Below, piece after piece: positions 1-9,700 of a stretch of DNA of 64,000 nt. Origin of the DNA: Thalia democratica (taxonomy: Eukaryota); NCBI GenBank assembly GCA_965202585.1, contig OZ241831.1, forward strand, positions 43,338,001 through 43,402,000, written 5' to 3'. The stretch's first letter is position 1, and the number at the start of each line of letters is the position of its first letter. Made by a program: the position numbers and the translations under genes. A model generated the notes under the pieces. That model searched no databases. It had not been told where the DNA came from and worked only from the letters and a program-made list of their open reading frames with translations.

Positions 1-3000
1 GATCTACACTACAGCTGATGCTTAGTTTAATTTATACTTCAATACAACTTAAACTTATAAAACCTTACAACTGTAAGAGTACTCTCATTTATCTACTTTA
101 TTTAGAATTTATGCATCATTTGACTTAAAACCCTGTTAATATAGTATTCTTAAATAGGGTCGTCTTTACGAAACATTTTTTAGATAGAACTGAAGTAAAC
201 ATACAAGTATTCTTCTAATAGCAGTTATAAAATTTTAAGCAAGTATGTGTCTGTTGGCAGCTTTACATTTAAACTAAATGTTTAAGTAAATAACTTTATA
301 CATAGGCGTTCAAAGACTTTCTTTTTAAAAAGCAGCGGTTTTCTAAAGATAGCGTCTTAAAATGCTTTAATTGTGCTCTTTTTTAGAAAAGTTGTTTTTA
401 AGTGTTCTAGTACTAGTATACTTTTGTATTTAACTTAACTACTCATGCAAAAACAAAAAATCAATATATTCGTTGTAAAAAATACAAATACTTTTTTATT
501 AAGTTCATTTTTCAATTCAAAGCATTTTTTAATAACTCTTATTCTAAAATTACATTTTTTTAAGTTAGATAATTATAGTTTTAAGTTTTATTTCCAGTAA
601 ATTAATGTACATAAAACTTTACACTTTAATCATTTATTATAATTAAACTACCATGTTATTAAAAATATATATTTTTAACAAAAATATTAATTGTCCTGTA
701 AAAACATGCTAAAAAGTTGTTAAAAATTGTGTTAAAACAAATCAAATTATCAATAACATTATTTTCATACTATCAAGTACAAAAATATATTTTAAAATCG
801 TTTTAACTCGCTAAATGTCACTCAATTTTATAAACAACATAATAGATCAACTTTATAACTAAAACATTTTTCTGAATGAAAATTTTTGAAAAATATAACA
901 CAACATTTTCATAAATAACTTATAAATTTTTCAGAAAAAGCGTTTTTTTAACCATATGCACGATTTTTGAAGTTAAAAAGTCAAACTAAAGAAACTGTGT
1001 TAGTTTTCAAATTAAAAACAAACAATTGTAATATTTTTCAAACGAAAGGGAACTTTCTTTATGCTAGTTTCAAACTTAATTAATTTTTCATATTTAAATG
1101 TTAAACAAAGTTATCTTTTTTTATCTGTTTAGGCAGGAAAACATTTCAAAGCTGACAAAAATGCTATAACACTCAAAGTATGTTTCTCAACAGGGTTTTA
1201 GCTTTTTTTTATAATTTGTTACCCTTGCGATTTTTCCAAAAAATTGCTTAAAACAGAAGCTTTGTATTTTATACGTTAAAAACGCAGTAAGAACTTTCAT
1301 GGGTCAAGGGTCATCTGAAGCCGTTGCAGCTGCTTGTGAAAGCTTCAATTTTTTAATCATAGATATTTTAACGACCTAAGTACATAGTACCAGGGTTGAA
1401 TGATGCATCTTAAGCATATAGAAAGTGCTCAAGTAGCCATCGAAGCAGCCACTTGAGCACACAAGTCTCGATGATAACACAAGTACCAGTGGTGCATTTA
1501 TGTATTCATATTTTTATTCGAATTGGGGTTCACTTCTGAAGTTGTTGTTTTGACTCATTCGAAAACATTTTCGATTATTTTGAATGATGACATGTTGACA
1601 TATCTTTTGTCGTTGGTTAGAGAATTTTTTTGGTAATAGATGGTTTTTTGTTTTAGATAGTGTTGAGTAACCATAATTTTTTTTTTCTGAATTCATCAAA
1701 AAGGTACTTAAATGCAAACTAAAACATGTAATGCACAAAAAAGTTATCAAAGTGTGTTAGAAAATTTTAAATAAGTTTTAACTAAAACAAAACAGAAAAA
1801 CTTTAAATAGTTTTACGAATATGTTGATGACAAAATTAAAATAAATAACAAAAACTTGTTTTACGCTAAAACCGTTGCCTTTAATTGTTTAAAAAAACTA
1901 AAATATTACAGTCTAAATAAGTTAAGTTAAAATACAAAAATACAAATATAGTTTAAACTTAATGATTTGAAATTATCAACGCTGATGTTTTGTTTTTTTA
2001 ATCCTACACTATATAAATTTTATTGACAATTTGAATAATGCTGAATAAAACATTTTAACTTTTTAGCGTATAGGCTAATCTACAAAGTAATATTTAGCAA
2101 TTTTTATATGAATTAATTTATCTAAACTAGAATACTAATTTTTATAAAAACAAAAACTTATAGTCTTCTAAAAAATTTAAATTTTCATTTAAGTTCTAAA
2201 TTTTTTAGAATATTTCAACTTACGAAAGCTCGTTAAATTTATTCTAAATACAAATAACTTTTACTAATTTTTTTGTATTTAGAAAAAATACCCTTTATAA
2301 TAAAATTATTGCCAACTAGGATTTATATACAAAGAAACGGTTTTAGACTAATTCCATCATTTTAAATTCTCTGGACAGCAAAAAAACAGAAAATTTTGAA
2401 CTTTGTCAAAACAAAGCTTCATTAAAAGTCGACCACCGCAGAGCTGAAACTCTCAGTAAGTTTGAGCTTGAGAGATTAAATTGACAATTGGCACAAATTT
2501 AACATAAGTGCCACTTACCTGCATGAGTGACATCTCAACTTTACCGCCACCAATCGGTCGCCACTGGTGGCATAATAGCCAAATAAACACCAATTAAATA
2601 GACTCTCAATTATATCTTTAATTAGTTTATCGGATATTGCTCACATTATTTTTTGCTAACTTCAGTAATGTTATTGAAAAATTTAAGTGGAGTATACTAG
2701 CGCATTTTATCTTCTTATTTTTTGAAGTAGTATGAAACTCGTAGTGTGTTTAAAAAAAACTGTACGTGTACGTTTCGTTTAAAACCTACTACCAAAACAA
2801 TCTACTGTGATACTTAACGCCAATTAAAATTATTAAATAAACAAAAAAATTTTTGTGTGTTTTTTGTTCTAAATTACTTAGTTAAGAAAAATTTATTACA
2901 TGTTTTTTGTGAGTCTAAGTATTAAAAAGAAAATAAACAAGTTAGTTAAAAGTTATTGACCTTTAAGTTTAATAGTTAAGTACTCATAAAAAATACATCT

Positions 3001-3330
3001 CAAATTTTGTGTTTGAATACTAAATGTAAGCAACAAACTGGTTCAGAAAATTTATAGAAAGCCTAAAATTGTTTTGAGTAAATATGTAAATACCACCTAC
3101 GCTCACAACAAATTATCACTTTATCTGATAACTTGCTTGTTAAGCAACGTATAAGCACATCAGCAATTTTGCAAATACTTAGCAGCCCGACGATTTTACG
3201 CTGTAATGAAAAACAAAAAGCTGGATATTTTATCGCGTCATTCATTGTAGTAATGTCTTGTCTATGTTTTCGTTAATCTCAACGGGTATTACCTACGTTT
3301 CAGCGTTGACCGTATCATTTGGGCAACTTA
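1..3330. repeat. Segmental duplication block U, collinear with ~61270-64000 (far-upstream region of Lmx1 copy B)
   Basis: Ordered matches: GATCTACA..CAGCT (1/61272), TAAATAGGGT..TCTTTAC (~151/61410), TTTAAAATCGTTTTA (~790/61820), CGTTAAAAACGCAGTAAGAACTTTCATG (1274/62071), GTCGACCACCG (~2428/63197), CCACCTACGCTCACAACA (3093/63774). Confidence 0.93.
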
Positions 3331-3438
3331 AACAACTGTTGATATTTTTCACGAAAAATGTCTCTTCTTTTTTTTTGAACACAAATCTTAGAAGTTCGAA
3401 TTTTGTGTTTTCTGTGAGCAACTAGACAAGAATACTTG

Positions 3439-3900
3439 TACTCACAAGCTCGGGTCGGAAGATAACTAGCAGGGCGGCGAGACGGCAAATTCGAGAAATA
3501 GTTGTTATCTGAAAATAGCAGCGGGCACAGCTGTGTTCTCGGTATCGATCAAAAGGGGATTAGCGCTTATCTCACTACTCGTGCATTCAGAGCTTACAAA
3601 AGAAGTGAAAACAAAGCAGGCACAGTGATCGACAGTTTCAATTACTTTCTTCTTGTGACGTCACAATTCGAACTGTTTAATAGAAAATATTCGTTGACCT
3701 GCAATCGACCCTTGAAGACAATTTTTGTTGGTCGATGTGTGACGACCAAAGATGAAAGCGATGCAAATTAAGGTAGCATTCTTGCGAGAATTACCTGAAT
3801 GGTGAGTTAGAAAGAGACCACCTACTTTTGTGTGTTGAAAATAATTGAAATTTTATATGGTGGTAATTTTATAAGTACTTTCAGTTGTAGCCTTTTCAGT
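3439..3900. promoter_or_regulatory. Conserved GC-richer downstream element D (candidate enhancer); copies at 3439-3900, ~5348-5660 (partial) and 44690-45130
   Basis: All three copies keep ATGCAAAT (octamer), TTCTTGCGAGAA, TTACCTG and GACCCTTGAAGACAATTTTTGTTGGTCGATGTG. TGACGTCA (CRE) is present at 3656 and 5443 and degenerate (TGACCTCA) in the third. Function is inferred. Confidence 0.5.
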
Positions 3901-6704
3901 TAGTTTTTTCAGTTAATTCATAAATTTTGGTATTTTTTTGTTGTCATTAACTGTTCTTTGTAAAAACGTTGATTTCGGAATATTTAATGTTTCTTCTGAG
4001 TATGATTAATTTTTTGACGCAAATTATGTTTTGTAGAAACTTTATATTATCAAATTCAAATTCAATATTTAACAAAGTATAAATTAAATTTTTAAAATAT
4101 AATGACGTTGTTATAAACATTTATCTAGTTGTTAGAAAAATCTGACACATGCTTTAAAAATTATAATCTCCTTAACTAAAACTTAGTTTGAATTTACATA
4201 TATGAAGAAAAAAGTCTTCTTTATAGTTCTATACTTTAGGAAAAAATTTACCAAACCATTTTCAAAAATAAGTACAATTTATTTTTCGGTTTGTTTTAAT
4301 TATAATGTTTGTCAAGTTTTAAACGTTTTGAAATTCCAGTTTTTTAAAGTTTTAATTGTGTATTATCTCTACATTAAATTTTTTATAAACTTATGCTGAG
4401 TAAATGAGGTATATAAAAAATTTCTTAGATCTTTATAAACATTTGAATAGAATTTAAACAGTAGTTTAGTTGAAGTTTTCCTTTATAATATTTTTCTGTT
4501 TTATTTTTGTAGGTATAAGGTTTAATGACTTAATTAACACCTAAATAATCCATTGAAAGTTTAATTGTTGTTACTACATGAATAAACTGTTTGGTTTTAT
4601 TACAGTTGAAACTTGTTTAAATTTAAGAAACTATTAAATTGAAAGCCGCAAAAACTACTTTTTGTGCTAACCAGGCAATAAGTCTTAAGCCTAAATATAC
4701 GAGCATCGTACCATAGAACATCTCTTATATTAGTCTTTTGTTGATGTGTTTACAGTGTAATTTCCAGCTTTTAGAACAAGTTGTTGTAAAGGGAAAATAT
4801 TTTTTGGACCTTAATCATTAATCGTAAAATAAGCTGAGGCTTGCATTAAAATTAAAATTAATATATAGGTATTTGTTTTATAGCTTGGAACGAAGCTGGA
4901 TGTAAACAGATTAGTAAAGTTATGAGTTTAAAACGTAAAAGTGTGAACAAAAAACGATAATCGGTAAAATATATTCAATTATTTGTCAAATTAAGATAAC
5001 AAGTACAAATATAAGAAAAATTTAAAGTTTTCATATATAGTTGTATATTTAAACTTTGGTTGTATTGTAGTTTTATTTCATTATTTATGGTTCATACAAA
5101 CATGCTTAACTTCATAGCTTGTTATAACAAAAATTTAGCTTTATTTACTCATTTAAACAGTTCACTTTAATTAAAATAAAAATATATTATAGCTGCAAAA
5201 TGTCTATTACGCTTTTAAATTAAATAACACATAAATTATTATTTCAAGCTCAGATAGAGTTTTACTATTTAAAAGTTAGAACACGATATTTTTAAGTTTA
5301 TTAATATATAATTGCATGAATTAAACACTTACATTTAATATATATTTAGGGGATTAGCGCTTATCTCACTACTCGCGCATTCACAGCTTACAAAAGAAGT
5401 GAAGCGGGTGTCGGGTGTTTTCCCATTTTCAATCTGTTGATGTGACGTCATAATGTAGGTTGTTTAATAGAAGTTATTCGTTGACCGGCAATTGACCCTT
5501 GAAGACAATTTTTGTTGGTCGATGTGCTATAACTAGAGATGAAAGCAATGCAAATTAAGGTAGCATTCTTGCGAGAATTACCTGCATGGTGAGTTTTAAA
5601 GAGACCACCAACTTTTGTGTATTGGAAATAGTTGCAAGTTTGTATGCTGGTAATTTTATTAGTGCTTTGGGACGCTAGATAAGCATATAGTACTACACAG
5701 CGATATAAGTACAATAGTCTAACTTTTGAGTTCGCACTTTCTACCTAAAAAACGTTTTGTTCCAAGTGTTAATTAAAATTAGAAAAAAAATACCTAAAAA
5801 TCTCTATTACTAACTAAGTTTTATTCAAAACTAAGTTTTTCTTTTATTTTATTCATATTTAATGAAACTAATCGAAAAACAAAAAAACATTAAAAATACT
5901 AATAAAAGTGGAGTAAAATAAAATTGAAAACGATCATAAAGAACTGTGCAGTTTCCATTGAAATTTTAATGCTTAAATAGAAATTAAGTAAATATCAAAA
6001 GTTCTTACTAAAACTTACACATTCAAAAAATGAGCAGTGTAATATACTTTTGCATAAATATAACATAAAAAATGTCTAGAAGGCATTAAAAAAAAAGTTT
6101 TGAAACGAAATTTTTAAATATTAATTTTATTTTGAAGTAAATGCTTTGGAAAGCATGTCTGTATTTGTAGCTTTTTAATTTTGGAAACACTTTTGTTGTT
6201 GATAAGCTGTTTTGAAAAATAATCAATACGTTATTTGTATTAAAAATTCATTTTTTGCAATATTTGTAGAATATTGTTTATTTTACAAAAATCTGAAAGA
6301 AGTTACTTTGCATCATGTAAAATAAATTTGTAACTTGTTTTACATGACTATAATTAACTTAAATAATTGCTTACCATAAAAATAAAAATCTATAAATAGA
6401 GTTATGCGGTTCAATATACTAGTTTTGCAGTTTAGTTAAAAGCACTTTAGCTTACAATGTATAATAGGTATACCTAAAAGTTACAAAAATATGTAAAAAT
6501 AGTTTTCAGCTAGGTATTAAACTCAATTACTATTCGTTGTACAGAAATATTGTAGTTAAAAAAGCTTTTACAGTGGTTTTATGAAAAAGCGTTGTCCACA
6601 TTTTTATTGATTGTTAAAAAGTTTATACTGCATTAAAACTGTAGTTAGAAAGATTGTGTAAGCATACCAGCGAACTTTTGTGCATACGGTTTAAATAGTT
6701 GTAT

Positions 6705-9700
6705 TCATAAAGTGTTAAAGTAGTTGTTTTGCATGAAAAGCAACTTGTCTATTGGATTATTTTTATAACTCGGCTTGCTGCATTTATTTTCTACCCAAAA
6801 AACTTCTTCGCACAAGTTGGAAACTGCCGAATCTTCATTGTTTGAAATCTCAGCTTGGTTAGGAGGCTTGTTGTAACTCGGTGCCTGGTTGTAGCACAAT
6901 TCCTTGCCGAAGTTTTGTGAGAACGAGTTTTCGTTTGACCCCTGATGCGGTTTGCAAGTCGGTGCGGAATTGGAGCAGGCCATTTTGTCTTCATCAAGTT
7001 CGAAGTAGGGGAATTTCAGTAAAGTACTGTCATTCACAACAGAAAATTCATAGCTCCTAATGTCTGTAGGAAAACATAATATTTTTAGTTAGTTCAAGAT
7101 AGTCAAATGCTTTAAAAGTTGATCTAAGGAAAAAGAAAGTTCACAAAGCGAATCATTATGTAAAAAATAAAGTATTATATAATTGTATTATATAATATAA
7201 ACGTTTTAATTGATAATTCAATTTGTCTGTTAACTAAATTATTCGTTTTGTCAGGTGAATATATAAACTAGTGATCTACCGGATTTTATTTTAAAGTAAA
7301 TCTGGTCGAATCCGGTGCCGAATCTTATTTTATATTTAACACACGGCTAGATGTGGATCAAGATAGGATTCAGCCGTAAATTATGAAAATATCAAAATTT
7401 CTCGTACAATCTAGTATATTTCAAAATTAACCTTAAAGAACCTAAGACAAATTGTTTGTCCTTCTTAACAAACTCCAGAATATCTAGTGTAGTATTAAAA
7501 TATTTCGGCGAAAACTATTGTAGCTTTCACAAATTTCCTTTAAAACTTAGTATAAATTTTAAAATTTTCGTGTAATATTTAGTAGAATTTTAAACAGTTT
7601 TCACGTCTTATTAGTTTGAATTTCAAAACTCCCTTAGATATGTCTATTACTTTTTATTTTTACTTTTTTTAGCACCTTTCACCTTATCACTCACATAAAG
7701 TTCGGACGCATCCGGATATTTTGAAATTTCGTTGATAGTTGGATCCGGTATTCACTATGTAAACTCAAACAGTAGACTCAGAAATCTTACTTCGATTGTA
7801 AGTTTATACTTATTTAGAAAAATAAACAACCTACTCTTCATCGTTGTGATGATGTCAATTTGATTGTCTTCGTCCGAATTATTGTTTCGACAAAACTCCT
7901 CGTTTGTAGGAGACATGAAGGTTTCATCTGTGGAATTCAGATGCGGAGTTGTCGGCATTGACTGGTTGGAATACAAGCTCATCGTTTCATCTGAAAATTT
8001 TGTGATGAGTCTTGTTTAAATCATGTTCAAGCACAAAAACTTAGTTAAGTAAACAGATAGTTCACATTTGCCTTTAAAACCACTAAATTTATATACCAGG
8101 GATATAGACAGACAGTTTAGTAAACTGAAATTTTTGATTTTTTAATTAAGCATATATTGAACCTATAAATCATATACAACGTTTTATTATTTAAGTATTA
8201 TTCTATTTTGCACATATACTTATCTTACTCAAATTACTAATTAATTTATAATTTTGTTATTGTAAATTGTTAGTCTATCTCTTATTAAACTTGCTTAATT
8301 TTCCCTAATTTATTACTTATGTATTTTTTGATGAAACCTTTTACTTACTGTTTACTTACTCAAAGTTTAACTTCAAAATTAGTTGATAACATTAGTAATT
8401 GAAAAGGGTCAGCTAAAATATATCTTACTTGTTTGCTCAATAAAATGTTTTTGAATGAATGTGTCTAAAGTTTTTGTATAAACAAAATAAATTTATATAA
8501 GTTTTTCAAATAAAACTCACTGTCGAAATCGGTGTTGCTTGCTTTAGGTAAACTCTTGTCCCCTGAACTTTCTTGTTTTCGTGCTAATTTTTTGATCTGT
8601 TAGAAAAAAAGTGTAATAATAAAATAGCTTAAAAATTAATCATTTTATATATTTATTATATTATTATACTCATATATAATATTTAAATTAAGAGTACTTT
8701 TATAGATCCTGTACAAGACGTTAAACTATATTCAAGTAGTGTACGACTCTTTAACCGAAAACGTTTTCCTACACTAGGTCATCGTACCAAATTTTTTAAC
8801 GCCTCTTTCGTACGTTCAATAAAATTTAAGTTGTTTAAAAACAAAATGACAGTTTATTAAAATGATAAAACAATTTAACTTTTATCTAAATACTGAGAAT
8901 AGATGAAATTAAACAAGTAGAGTTTTATATAAAAGAAAACAAAATTCGTTTATCACTGCTCAATCTTGATTTGCTGTTATTTTGACAACATCAATTTTAA
9001 AATCTGTACAATATGTTTAACATGACAGGAGTATGTGTTATTGTAGGACGAACACTGCTTACAATTAATTTAAATAAAGTATGGGCTGTAATGAACTAAA
9101 AACTAGTTCCCTGTGTACTAAACAAGTTTAAGTTATAATTAAATCATTATTATTGTCTACTGAACTACATAAAAAACGCTCAAAAAGCTTGGTCTAAGAA
9201 CCTGGTGTACGAAAAAACCTTTTAGCAATCGAATAGTACACTATAACAGTTTAATGTCATGTCCAGGACATTAATTTTACCAAACAAACATTTAGCTTAA
9301 ATTTTTATTTTAATTTAAAATGTAAATTTTATAATTAGAAATCTTAGTCGTAAAAATATTATAAATACATAATATATACAATTCATATTAAAATGCACCA
9401 ACGTTTTGCAGCAGGAATTAAACGTTTAGCGAAGTTAAAACACTATTTTTATGAAGAGAAATTTTTTAATAAATGACGATAAGTCTGTCTGCTAAAGTCA
9501 TTGAAAAATATATAAAAGCTATAAATGTTGCTGCGATAATTAAATAAAAATAGCTTAGTATAAAAAGTCTATAAACTATATTTTCGTACATACAACCAAG
9601 TTTAACTAACTTTGGCTCGTTGATTTTGAAACCAAACTTGAACGACTCTAGGACTCAGACCTGTTTCGTTTGCTAAAGTTTCTCGTGCCTAATATATTAT

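Noticed and set aside
3063-3245. 60-aa minus-strand ORF in block U
   Set aside because: The paralogous sequence near 63885 has TAA at codon 14, and other changes are mostly non-synonymous.
3502-5714. ORFs across element D (3502-3771 plus; 5448-5714 minus)
   Set aside because: Indels between the three copies shift frames; no family resemblance.
6791-6997. Alternative-frame ORFs in the last exon (also 49239-49514)
   Set aside because: Overlap the true Lmx1 frame; by-products of exon composition.
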